Of a stretch of 64,000 nucleotides of DNA, positions 14,201 to 26,432 are shown piece by piece. This stretch comes from Leucoraja ocellata (taxonomy: Eukaryota), in assembly GCA_036785375.1 (NCBI GenBank), contig JAWMAR010000631.1, forward strand, positions 558,001 through 622,000, read 5' to 3'. The stretch's first letter is position 1. Each line of letters starts with the position of its first letter. Below the pieces are notes generated by a model that ran no database searches, was not told the origin of the DNA, and worked only from the letters and a program-made list of their open reading frames with translations. The position numbers and the translations under genes are program-made.

Positions 14201-15407
14201 TATATACATGCACTGATCTTTCTAACTTGGTATTTACAACGGTGCCATCAATTAATCAGGCAGCAAAGGAGTGGTCCTTTAAGTAGCATCTCCAATGTGC
14301 AAAATATACCTGCACGGTTCAATGAGCTGCCAATAATGTGTACGGATAATGCTGACAACCCACTTATTTTCTTTCAGTGACTAAGGGGCATGAATGGCCA
14401 TTTTTGGTGCCTGGTGATTTAAGTATGCCTATTCTGCACACAAAGGACTCTCAGGCTGTTTTCTACCATGATTTATTGAATCAGCCATTATAAATGATTG
14501 AATTGCTGTTACAGATACTGAAGGGATAATTAAATCTCACACTTAAGGTCTAAAACAGGAGTCGTTGGATAGGCAGAAGAAGCAGATTTGATCTCCTAAG
14601 TTGCTTTAGGATTTCTTGTCACAAAAATACAGAGTCAGTTATTGCATTGAATTATATTAGTGCAATGTGAGATCAGTGACAAATCAATCTAGCAAGTAAA
14701 ATGTATTTCTAGAAAAGGTGCAATTTGGAATAAAGTGGAAAATGGACCAAAAATATCTAATACTTTAGTCCCAATTTTAACCCTCAACGCTTAATGGGAG
14801 TGAGATGTGCGAGATGAACAAGTATCTAAGCAGTGGGAGTCACTGGCACTACCCTGTGGACTTGTCAAGTGTATTTTTAATGGGCAAACTAGAATAGATG
14901 ATCATTGCAGAGAATGAAATGTTCTTGTTTACTGCCCCATAGTGTAGGTTAGGGCCTCACTGATACAAAAGACTGTTGACATAATGCAGATCCCAAATAC
15001 ATTTTAACCAACAACAGTGAAATTGGTAGCCGGTGTGAGATCTGCCTGAGAAATACAGCTCTGAGGAACAGAAGGCACAGAGAAGAGCCAAATGTTTTTT
15101 ATTTTATTTTTGTTTTTTGTGGAAGCACCGTGCTTCTCTAATGACTTCTCATAACCTGTGGTCCTTCTCTGCCACAGAACCATCATGGCATGGCAGCTGA
15201 GAGATCTCCTCCTTCTTGCCGGGGACTGGACCTACTATTCGCCAACTACACCTTTATGCAATTCTCATTCAACCTTTGCCAAATGATTATCTTCAAAGAT
15301 GGGATTAGACTTTGTGCCTGGTCTATTTGACTGAAGCCTTGAAGAATAACACAAACCTCATGATGAATTTAAGCAATCTTGTAGTTCTTTCACCAGAAAT
15401 AGGCTAA

Positions 15408-16012
15408 ATGGCCTGTCCCACTGAGGTGATTTTTTTAGGCTACTAGAGGTGACTAGGTTGTCGCCACATGGTCGCGGGGTGATGCCTGCAAGGTCATGAG
15501 TTGGCTCCTCAAGTCGCCTAAAGAGTCGTAACATTTTTCTTGTCGCTGCTGAATTTTGAAATGTTCAAAACCTTTTGGCAACTGTGGGCTTGACGTAGCT
15601 TGACGTAGCTTGTCTTCTCCTGTCATTGGTGCCGTCGTAGGTTGTCACCAGGTGATGCACTTTGTCACCAGGTGACGTAGGTTGTCGCCAGGTGATGACG
15701 TCAGTGAATTCCATTGGCGACTACCTACGTCAACCTTTGTCAACCAGCGATAGGAACCGGCGACTGAATTGTTGTAGGTTGTCGTATGTGTCGCCTTAGG
15801 TTGTTGTTGGTGTGGTCGTAGGTGGACATCCTAAGCCACGAAGAATTGGGTCACCAGTTGTCGTAGCTTGTCATAGCTTGACGTCGATTAGGTGGTAGGT
15901 TGCCGTAGACATTGTCGTAGGGGGGGTCCAGTCGGCAGTTTTTCGGCGTCCTGCTACGACTGTGACTGTCGCCGGCAGTCGCTGAAAAAATCACCTAAGT
16001 GAAACAGGCCCT
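15408..16012. mobile_element. PIF/Harbinger-type non-autonomous DNA transposon (MITE)
   Basis: TIRs ATGGCCTGTCCCACTGAGGTGATTTTTT / AAAAAATCACCTAAGTGAAACAGGCCCT, flanked by TAA at 15405-15407 and 16013-16015. Internal GTCG/GTTGTC-rich microrepeats. Confidence 0.8.
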
Positions 16013-18719
16013 TAAGCTTTTGCTCACATTGAGTTTAAAAATAGTTGCTTTTGTGTAAACGATTAACATTTTTTGGCGAGATGACACTTCAGCAACTCTT
16101 AGCCAATTAATCTATGGACTTTTGACCACTTGTTACATGAGCAAAATTAATATTTTCTTGAAATTAACATCCTTTACCTTCACCAGCAGGTCTCTTTAAA
16201 CTACATTATATTGAAAAATTTAAAAATATATTCATAGCCTAAAATAATTCATTTTAGAACATTGAGTCTCATTTAAAATAAATATTTCATGAAAAATTAA
16301 CAACTATGATCTAATGATGAACACACGATCTAAAAATAGCAATGTGAAATCCATATGGAAACCAAGCAAGTGTCTTTTAATACGCAGGTAATGTCAAATA
16401 TATGTATCTCACAGGAAACAAAAACTGTTAACCATTCCGTAAGGTTATCAAGTGCGGGTAGAATCTTAATTCAAAACAGTGAAATGTTATTCCAAAATTT
16501 GCCAATCAACAGAAATATAATAGCAATTTAATGGGCATTTCCTGGATGCCTCTTGCATTAGAAGTTTAATTGTTATGTTTAAATACCAGGCTTTAATGCC
16601 CATGGTGTTGCTCCTTGCTACATTCCAGAAACATAAACCACATGATTACACACCTTATGACCTTAAAAGTGTAACGTCTTATCACATGCACAGTTTGATT
16701 TTGTCAAATTAATAATCTGTACATATTTTCTTTTGATTGATAAATTTGTACAACATTTTATATCACTATCAATAATTTGGAAAGAATTCAGAAGGGAAGG
16801 AGATCTATTCTATACACAACTATACATTATGAAGAAAGACGGGTGAAATTATTGAAGACTTAAAAGAGATATTACAGATCACTAGAATAATGAAAGGATT
16901 AAGTTCAGAAAACAAGCTGTTTTGTAGAAAGATTTGGAGTGTACAACTACAAAATTCATACCTCCTGAAGGGTTGGAAGATTTTTTTTTCATGGAATTAT
17001 GATGTGACAGACTAATGGAAATATTGTTAAGTTTGATTTAAATGTCATTTTAAAAGAAATGTATCAAGCAATATGAGATAATTTAAGGACTAGGCAGGTG
17101 GCATGTCTGAATTAATATTGTTTAGAATTTAGTTTTTCCATCCTTGAGTTTTTTTAGATAACCATACATAAAACTTATCAGCCTATGTTTTATATACTGG
17201 AGAAATGTCTTTTAACATGTTTTGTTTCACTTCTCATTTTTCATCTCCACACATTTTATGTTCATCAGAGCTATGATAGTGTCCTTACCAGTTTTGCTTC
17301 TCTAATGTGTTTTTCAGTTATAAATAGACATACATCAATATATGAAGTACTAATATATTTGCATACAAAAGATAAATAATTTTTGATTCTTACAATTTCA
17401 CAAATGGTGCAAGTAATTGTTTGACTGACTGAAAAGTTAGAATTGTAAACCTTCTTGTATTTAATCTTGGCAAGCCCCCGAGGATCACAACACACTAATT
17501 ATTTACTGCTATAAACTTGAAATTAATAAATAATGATTTACTCTACCTGTATCTAAGATGTTACCTGTTAAATGTAACATTTGACATATGTAAAATTTGA
17601 CAGATTTTAATAACATTCATGTTAGAATTTCCAGGGTGTTTCAACTGTTGATAAATTGGTTGAATTTTCAAGGTTTTCAAGTTTCTTTTGCCTTTCCCTT
17701 AGTTAACAGAAATTATCACCAGTTATAAATATTGAAAATTGAAAATTGTGAAAGAAAAAGTTTTACTTATATAATGGATGGGTTCAGTTCCTTAAAAAAA
17801 TGTTGGTAACAAAATGTTGTTAAATGTTGTTAAATGCGTATTGTTAATATGCATTTAAAATTATCTACAGATGGCATCTTAGTTTCAGTCTGAAAACCTG
17901 CACTGAAAAATAAGCACATTTAACTCTTTGAAAGGAAACTGCAATGGAAACTTTATGAATTTGCATTACATTGTAGATATTTTGCAACTGGAAGTTTGGA
18001 ACTCTGAGCTCCACAAGGTTCATTTTCCCTTAAAATGGAAAGTCCTACAAGACCTATTGGCCTTGACAAATTAAGTTCTAAAATTAACTCTTCATGATTG
18101 AAACTGTGAGCCTGGTGTCAAAACGGTTTAATCTTTGGGTATTTGTAAAGGTTCCTGAAGTTCATAAACATTCAAAACCCATTTCAAATTAATTAAACAA
18201 TTAAAACAATTTTGATATATTTTAAGAAATTTAAAGTAAAATTTAAAAAATGAAATACTTAGAAACATAAAAGCAACTAAAAACATTTAAGTAATTTCGA
18301 TTCAGAAAAATAATTTTAAGCTATACTCCTTTGCCATATTTGTTTCCAAATAAAATAAATGGTGTTGTGTTGCCTGCAGCAGGATGAGGAGATGGTGTGC
18401 AACATACAGATTCCCCAGCATTTTGCTGTTGGATTTCATGATTCATCCCATTTTGCCATATATGCAAATAGACAGTTTCCTCAGGCATGCTATATGTTTG
18501 TTCAATGATTGCCTCCTTAGTGACATGCTGACTTGTTAAGATTATGAGACAGGACCAGAATGGTGCAGACACCGATACAGCCAGGCTTGTGTGGGGATAG
18601 CTGTAGACTAAAGTTATGCTACTTACTTTGGTAGAGTGATTGGTAAAATACCATTGAGCTGAGACAGAGATGGAAGAATGCATATTGAACTGATGATCTT
18701 TCAATCTACCCCCAACTCC

Positions 18720-21700
18720 CTTGGTGGGGATGGAGGGAATGACAAATTGGGAGTATAAAGATGGGAAGTGAGTACAGGAATAGTTACAAAAGACTCCCAA
18801 ATTAATGGGAAGGAAAGTTCGAGAAGGCAGACACCGGTGAAAGACACGGGTTCCTTGAAGGCAGACACGGGTGAAATTATTATGGGCAATAAAGAAATGG
18901 CAGAAGAGTTGAATAGGTACTTCGGATTTGTCTTCACTAAGGAAGACACAAACAATTTCCCAGATATACTGGAGGACAGAGGATCTAAGGGGGTAGAGGA
19001 ACTGAAAGAAATTTTCATTAGGTGAGAAATAGTATTGGGTAAGCTAATGGGACTGAAGGATGATGAATCACCTGGGCCTGATAGTCTGCATCCCAGGGTC
19101 CTCAGGGAGGTGGCTCTAGAAATAGTGGACGCATTGGTGATCATTTTCAATAGTTGAAACAATGTTCAATAGATTCAGGATCAGTTCCTGTGGATTGGAG
19201 GATAGCTAATGTTATCCCACTTTTCAAGAAAGGACAAGAGAGAAAACGGGGAATTACAGACCAGTTAGCCTGACTTTGGTGGTGGGAAAGATGCTGGAGT
19301 CAATTATTAAAGAGGTAATAATGGGGCATTTGGATAGCAGTAAAAGGATTAGTCCATCGGGTCTGACAGAGGGCAGTGGAGGCCAAGTCACTGGATGGAT
19401 TTAAGAGAGATAGAGCTCTAGGAGCTAGTGGAGTCAAGGGATATGGGGAGAAGGCAGGCATGGGTTATTGATATGGGACGATCAGCCATGACCACAATGA
19501 ATGGCGATGCTGGCTCGAAGGGCAGAATGGCCTCCTCCTGCACCTATTTTCTATGTTTCTATGTTTCTATGAGAAGGGATGTGAGAGTACGGTCAGGGCT
19601 AATTGTGAGCGGTGTGATAGGGGAGGTGAATACCGAAGTTAAAGTTTTGTATATAAATGCGCAAAGTATAAGAAATAGTGGATGAGCTTGAGGCTTAGTT
19701 AGAAATTGGCAAGTATGATGTTGTGGGAATTACAGAGACATGGTTGCAAGAGGGCCAGGGCTGGGAACTGAAGATTCAAGGGTATACCTCCTATTGAAAA
19801 GACAGACAGGTGGGCAGAGGTGGTGGGGTGGCTCTGTTGGTGAGGAATGTCATTTGGTCCCTTGTAATGGGTGACATTGAAACAGGAGATGTGGAGTCAG
19901 TATGGATAGAACAAAGGAATTGTAAGGGTAGAAATACCCTAAAGGGGCTTATGTACAGGTCCCCAAACAGTAGCCTGGATATAGGGTGCAAGTTGAATCA
20001 AGAGTTAAAATTGGCATGTCATGAAGGTAATCCAATGGTTGTTATGGGAGATTTCAACATGCATGTAGACTGGGAAAATCAGGTTGGTACTGGACCCCAA
20101 GAAAGGGAGTTTGTGTAGTGCCTCCGTGATGGATTCTTAGAGCAGTTTGTACTGGAGCCTACCAGGGAGAAGGCAATTCTGGATTTAGTGTTGTGTAATG
20201 AACCGGATTTGATAAGGGAAATCAAGGTAAAGGAGTAATTAGGAGGTAGTGACCATAACATGGTCAGGTTCAATCTACATTTGGAGAGGGAGAAGGGTAG
20301 ATCGGAGGTGTTTGTGTTACAGTTGAACAAAGGGGACTTTGGAGCCATGAGGGAGGTGTTGGCCAAAGTTGACTGGAAAGATACCCCAGCAGGGATGACA
20401 ATGGAAGAACAATGGCAGGTATTTCTGGGAATAATACAGATGGTGCAGGAACAGTTCATTCCAAAGAGGAAGAAAGATTGCTGGAGTCAATCATAAAAGA
20501 TGAAATAGCAGCACATTTGGATAGCAGAAACAGTATCGGTCCAAGTCAGCATGGATTTATGAAGGGGAAATCACGCTTCACTAATCTTCTGGCACTTTTT
20601 GAGGATTTAACTAGGAAAATGGACAAGGGGAGGCAGTGGATGGAGTTTACCTGGACTTTCAGAAAGCTTTGATAAGGTCCCACATAGGAGATTAGTGGAC
20701 AAAATTAGGGCTCATGGTATTGGCGGTAGAGTACTGACATGGATAGAAAATTGGTTGGCGGACAGGAAACAAAGAGTAGGGATTAACGGGTCCCTTTCAG
20801 AATGGCAGGCAGTGACTAGTGGGGTACCGCAAGGCTAGGTGTTGGGACCGCAGCTAGTTACAATATACCTCAATGATTTAGATGAAGGGATTCAAAGTAG
20901 CATTAGAAAATTTGAAGATGACACAAAGCTGGGTGGCAATGTGAACTGTGAGGAGGATGCTATGAGAATGCAGGGTGACTTGGACAGGTTGGGTGAGTGG
21001 GCAGATGCATGGCAGATGCAGTTTAATGTGGATAAATGTGAGTGTATCCATTTTGGTAGCAAAAACAGGAAGGCAGATTATTATTTAAATGGTGTCAAAT
21101 TGGGTTGGGATAAGGGGAAATAGAATGGGATCCAGGGGTCTTTGTTCATCAGTCAATGATAGTAAGCATTCAGGTACAGCAGGCAGTGATGAAAGTGAAT
21201 GGCATGTTGGCCTTCATAACAAGAGGAGTATAGGAGCAAAGAGGTCCTTCTGCAGTTGTACAGGGCCCTAGTGAGACCACACCAGTATTGTGTGCTGTTT
21301 TGGTCCCCTAATTTGAGGAAGGACATTATTGCTATTGAGGGAGTGCAGCGTGGGTTCACAAGGTTAATTTCTGGGATGGTGGGACTGTCATATGCTGAGA
21401 GAATGGAGTGGCTGGGCTTGTATAGTCTAGAATTTAGGATTAGCGGGGATTTTATTGAAACATATAAGATTATTAAGGGTTTGGCCACGCTAGAGGCAGG
21501 AAACCTGTTCCCGATGTTGGGGGAGACCAGAACCAGTGGCCACAGTTTAAGAATAAGGAGTAAGCCATTTAGAACGGAGATGAGGAAACACTTTTTCACA
21601 CAGAGAGTTGGGAGTCTGGAATTCTCCGTCTCAGAGGGCGGTGGAGGCCGGTTCTCTGTATACTTTCAAGAGAGAGCTTGATAGGGCTCTTAAAGATAGC

Positions 21701-21828
21701 AGAGTCAGAGGATATGGGGAGAAGGCAGGAACAGGGTACTGATTGTGGGTGATCAGCCATAATCACAGTGAATGGCAGTGTTGACTCGAAGGGCCGAATG
21801 GCCTACTCCTGCACCTATTGTCTATTGA
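18720..21828 (+). mobile_element. Decayed CR1 (inter-ORF region, APE, internally deleted RT), interrupted by the 18828-19570 insertion
   Basis: YINAQSIRN, GGGVALLV, MGDFN, QHGFMKGKS, LGPQL, FEDD; a large deletion at about 20478; ctattgtctattg tail. Confidence 0.9.
18828..19570 (+). mobile_element. Internally deleted CR1 inserted into another CR1
   Basis: RT-proximal region (GEIIMGNKEMAEELNRYF..SPGPD) jumps to the 3' end at about 19357. (TTTCTATG)n tail; GAGAAGG direct repeat at 18821-18827 and 19571-19577. Confidence 0.85.
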
Positions 21829-21929
21829 ACTACAAATGTTGATTTACCATGAAATACACAAAGTGTAGATTTGTGTCTCTACTATATATATGTCTCTACT
21901 ATACATACATTCCTTGTCAGATTTGTCTT

Positions 21930-24495
21930 GTAAACATCAAGATCCCATGGTCACTCTTCTCATTAACGGAATGAGTGTTATTGCCAAACTTGACACTGGA
22001 ATTCGTTGCAATATTCTTTCCTTATCGGAACTCAATAGAACACGAAAAAACGAGGTCAACAATCACACTGCCGCCGTTTTACTTCCATTTGCAGAAGGTA
22101 CAGTGCTCCCTGTCAGACAAGTTGAACTACAGTGCCAACTGGAGTCACATGCCACAATCTGAGCTTCTTTATTGTCTGAGAAAAAGTGACTTCTCTGCTA
22201 GGCATTGACACCTGTAATGACCTAGGTCTGGTCACCTTCAATACATCAGTTCATCATTTGTCCGCTACATGTTGTTTCACTCAACAAATCCTGGCACAAT
22301 ATGGAAGTCTTTTTGGCGACAAGCTGGACAAGTTACCCATCAAGTACACAATCACGACCGACCCCAAGGTCCTCCCAGTTGTCTGTCCGGCACACCGGAT
22401 TCCCCATGCTATGCGAGATTGCGTACAAAGTGAACTCGGCAGAATGGTGACTATGGGTGTGATTGCCCCATCGGATTGGGTCTCAACCATGGTAGTAGCA
22501 ACGAAAAAGAATAAGGAAGAAATACGGATTTGCATCAATCCTAAAGATTTAAACACTGCCATTAAATGACCACACTATCCAATGCGCACGGTGGAAGATG
22601 TTGCAGCACAGATAGGCAAGGCAACTGTATTCACAATTCTAGATGCCAAGAGTTCATTCTGGCAGATTCCTTTGGATCACAACTCCTCCAGGTTAACCAC
22701 TTTCAGCACACCCTTTGGACTTTACAAATTCCTCTGTATGCCATTTGGCATAAGCTTAGCAAGTGAAGTATTTCAGCGCCCTATGGAACAATTATTTGCA
22801 GGTTACCCATGCTCCATCATAGATGATGGCATTCTTGGTGCTGGAAAAACGGTTCAAGAGCATGACACAAACTTAAAGAAAGTTCTGGACTGGCAAATTA
22901 ACCTCAAGAAATCAACCTCAAGTTAAATCCCCTAAAGTGCAAATTCAGAGTGAACGAGGTGAACTATGTAGGTCATGTATTCACTAAAGACAGCCTCAAA
23001 CCTGATCCATCAAAGACCATTGTAATCAACGAGTTACCAGCACCCCCAGAGTGCTCAGCCTGCAGAGATTCCTTGGCATGGTAAACTACTTGGGGAAATT
23101 CACTCCAAATTTCAGTGAACTATCGGCCCCACTGCGCCAGCTAACCCACAAAGACATTGTTGGTCCTGGCATGAACAACAGCAAAGGGCATATTAAACAA
23201 TAAATGTCTTGTGCCCCCACCCTCACCTACGTTGATGCTAGACTACTTGTCACACTGACTTGTGATGCCTCGCAGTATGGTTTAGGCGCAGCTTGCCTCC
23301 AGGATAATGGTGAAGGCAAGATGCTTGCTGCCGATGCTTCTCCCACCATGACTGACACAGAACAACGCTATGCTCAGATTGAAAAGGAGATGCTAGTGGT
23401 CGTTTTTGCTTGCAGGAAGTTTAATGACGTTGTCTTCGGGAAAACGGTCACGATTGAGACTGACCATCAACCCCTAATCAGGATTCTGAGCAAACCGATA
23501 CATGCCTCTCCAGGACGCCTCCAACATATGTGCTACAGTTACAGAAATATGACATTGTTCTAACCTACAAATGTGGCAAGGACATGCACCTGGCCGATAC
23601 CCTGTACGTGCACCACGGAAGACCTGCGAGGGTTCACCCACAACGGATGACAGCTTCCTTGTCATGACGGTCTTCTATGTTCCTTCGTTATGTTTGGAGG
23701 TCCTGGTTGCCCACACTGCTGCTGACGATACCTTACGATCGCTCTCCTCCGTCATTAAGCTCGGTTGGCCAGACAAGCAATACAAACTACCACTCCCAAT
23801 CTGGCCCTTCTTTGCTGTTCGTGATGAACTAGTACTACTGTCGTGGTTTATCAGACTCAAATTAAAGATAAGATGACACAGACACGGAGAATTCTTCAAG
23901 AAGCCGAGAAGCCTTTAATTTGCACAAATCTGGGCCTGGAACATTCAGAGATAGTACGGCTCGGCCACTGTCCAAATGTTCTCTGATCCATAATTTCAAG
24001 CAGCATTTTATTATAATTTCAGTTCTTATCTTTGGCTGCTTAGCATGCATGTTTTTACTAACTTTAACCTCTCACTGTCCTTGCCCTTAATCTCCAATCT
24101 CTGAGTTACCATGATGTTCTAACTGAAGCAAAATAAACTAAACAATAACATGTTTTTTGGCCTTGACTTCTGATCACATAAAAATAGCTGACATCTGCGA
24201 GCTTTACTAAATGTTTTTAAACATATTGGTAAAAATGTTGAAGTAACGTGTTTCTTCTATATACATTCTATATAACTTCTATACTGCAAGAGGGCATTAT
24301 CATAAAGGGCCACAAAGCTGTAGTTCCTGCCCCCTTGCACAGCAAGTACTTTGATGCCGTGACAACTGTCCTGCAAGCGAAAAGCATGTTTTTTTGGCCT
24401 GGCATGGGAAGGTGAAATCCTGTGCAGTGTGCAACAGTTTGGCACCACACCAACAAAAGCAGCCACTTTCCCCACACCCAGTTCCCGACCACCCA
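21930..24495 (+). mobile_element. Decayed Ty3/Gypsy pol (protease, RT, RNase H, start of integrase); no LTRs seen
   Basis: LDTG (protease); RICINPKDLN, LDAKSSFWQI, MPFG, IIDD (RT); CDASQYGLGA, YAQIEKE, ETDHQPL (RNase H). After about 440 bp of other DNA, LQEGIIIKGHKAVVP..WPGM..KSCAVCN (integrase zinc-binding region, about 24280-24495). Confidence 0.9.
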
Positions 24496-24559
24496 GCTAA
24501 CCCCAGCAAATAAAAGACTATGAGTTCTAAACTCTATGTGTAAGTCAGATCATTTCAAC

Positions 24560-25130
24560 ACAAAGTAACTCAGGGGGTCAGGCAGCATTTCTGGTGAACA
24601 TGGATAGGCCATGTTTCAGGTTGGAACTCTTCTTCAGACCGATCGTAGTAGGGGGCAGAAAGCTGGAAGAGAGGTGGGGGTGGGACAAAACGGGCATGAG
24701 ATATGTCAGAAGGAACTGCAGATGCTTGCTTAAACCGAAGATATACACAAAAATCTGGAGTAACTCAGTGGGACAGGCAGCATCTCTGGAGAGAAGAAAT
24801 GGGTGACGTTTCGAGTCAGGTCTGATAAAGAGTCTCGACCCGAAATGTTATCCATTCCATCTCTCCAGAGATGATGCTGGTCCCGCTGAGTTACTCCAGC
24901 TTTTTGTGGCTACCATGGCATGTGATAGGTGGATACAGGTGAAGAGGGGGCGTTGACAGGCAGATGGTCGGACAAAGGCCAGAGATGACGACAAGAAATG
25001 TATGATAAAGAGATCATAGAAGAGACGTGAAATGGGAAGGCAGATGGAGAAGGACATGAGAATGAAGGGGAAAGGCGAAATGGCTACGCATCCAGGTGGG
25101 GTCCTGGGAAATGGGTTTTGCTGGAGTTAG
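24560..25130 (-). repeat. Penelope-derived terminal repeat with a nested palindromic copy (about 24699-24915)
   Basis: The nested copy is an inverted pair GGAGTAACTCAGTGGGACAGGCAGCATCTCTGGAGAGA.. / ..TCTCTCCAGAGATGATGCTGGTCCCGCTGAGTTACTCC; GGCATG occurs on both sides. Confidence 0.7.
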
Positions 25131-25432
25131 CTGGAGAACACACAAACCCCTTCATACTATTTAGCCTCTCACCATATGCAGCTTAGAATTCAAGGCACGT
25201 GCCAATAAGTTTCAGAATTATTGAGCAAATAAACCAGCATGAGATATTAAATCTTCAATGTCATGCTCCTGCCATAGGATGAAGAGAGATGGTAACAAGT
25301 AATCAAAGCTTCACATGTCATGGATACACAACTAGTTACGCAAGTGCAGGATTTATGAAGTAATTCATTCCTCCCTTTTATTTTCTCAATTATACTCAGT
25401 TTTACAGAATATTCAATTTTGACTGATTTATT

Positions 25433-25609
25433 NNNNNNNNNNNNNNNNNNNNNNNNNNNNNNNNNNNNNNNNNNNNNNNNNNNNNNNNNNNNNNNNNNNN
25501 NNNNNNNNNNNNNNNNNNNNNNNNNNNNNNNNNNNNNNNNNNNNNNNNNNNNNNNNNNNNNNNNNNNNNNNNNNNNNNNNNNNNNNNNNNNNNNNNNNNN
25601 NNNNNNNNN
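25433..25609. other. Assembly gap (177 N)
   Basis: Run of N. Confidence 1.
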
Positions 25610-26289
25610 GTTGGGTCCCAGCATCACACAGGAGGGCTGGTCATCCAACGCAATAATGGGGGCTTTCTGGAGCACTAGTATGGGTGTTGTGGGCTGAAGG
25701 GACTGGTTTCCAGAGGGCTAGTATGCAAATTGTGTGCCAAATGGATTATTGGGCTGGCGTCTCAGTCAATCAAAACTGTTGTGCTGGCAACTCACTCACT
25801 CACGGCTTGTGGGCTGGTAGTTGACTCACGGCTAATCCTTGAAATTCTATTTCAAGCAGGGTATAAGGCCATCAAATTCAAGTGCAGTTTCTTACCACTT
25901 CTAGCAGGGTGCAAGGCCACCAAATTCAAGTGCAGTTTCATACCATTTGAAGTAGGGTACAAAGCCACTAAAGACAGCGAGTCGTGACCTCTCCCTCCTC
26001 CATCTTGCAGAGACTGAGCCACACCCACATTTCCGGGTTTTATAACCCCCCCCCCCCCCCCCCCCACCGGAAAAGGTGTGGCTTTCATGGAGTGATTGAC
26101 AGGAGAGAGATTCTCAACATTTTTTAAAAAACTAATAACACTTTTATTTTTCATTGATGGGAAGAATTTTCTGCATCTGCTCAGCGGAGGGGGACTGAGT
26201 AAGATGGCCAAAAATCACAGCCATAAGTGGTAGCGTTTTATCTAAAATCAATATAGAGTGCAAACAGGAAGTAAGTGCATTTACAGTAG

Positions 26290-26432
26290 TGCCTTTTAAC
26301 TTCAAGCCAAACCACCCAAGCCACCATTTGCAGTAAGTGGTGTCTTTCAACGTCAAGCCACACCCAAGCCACACCCAAGCTACCATTTGCAGTAAGTAGT
26401 GCCTTTCAACTTCAAGCCAAAGCAACCAAGCC
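26290..26432. repeat. Short tandem repeat of about 50-60 bp (about 2.5 units), continuing after the CR1 at about 29541-29572
   Basis: TTTCAACTTCAAGCCA..CCCAAGCCACCATTTGCAGTAAGTGG repeated. Confidence 0.75.

Noticed and set aside
18321-18800. 159-aa minus-strand ORF
   Set aside because: It starts within antisense CR1 sequence and has no recognisable domain or splice context.
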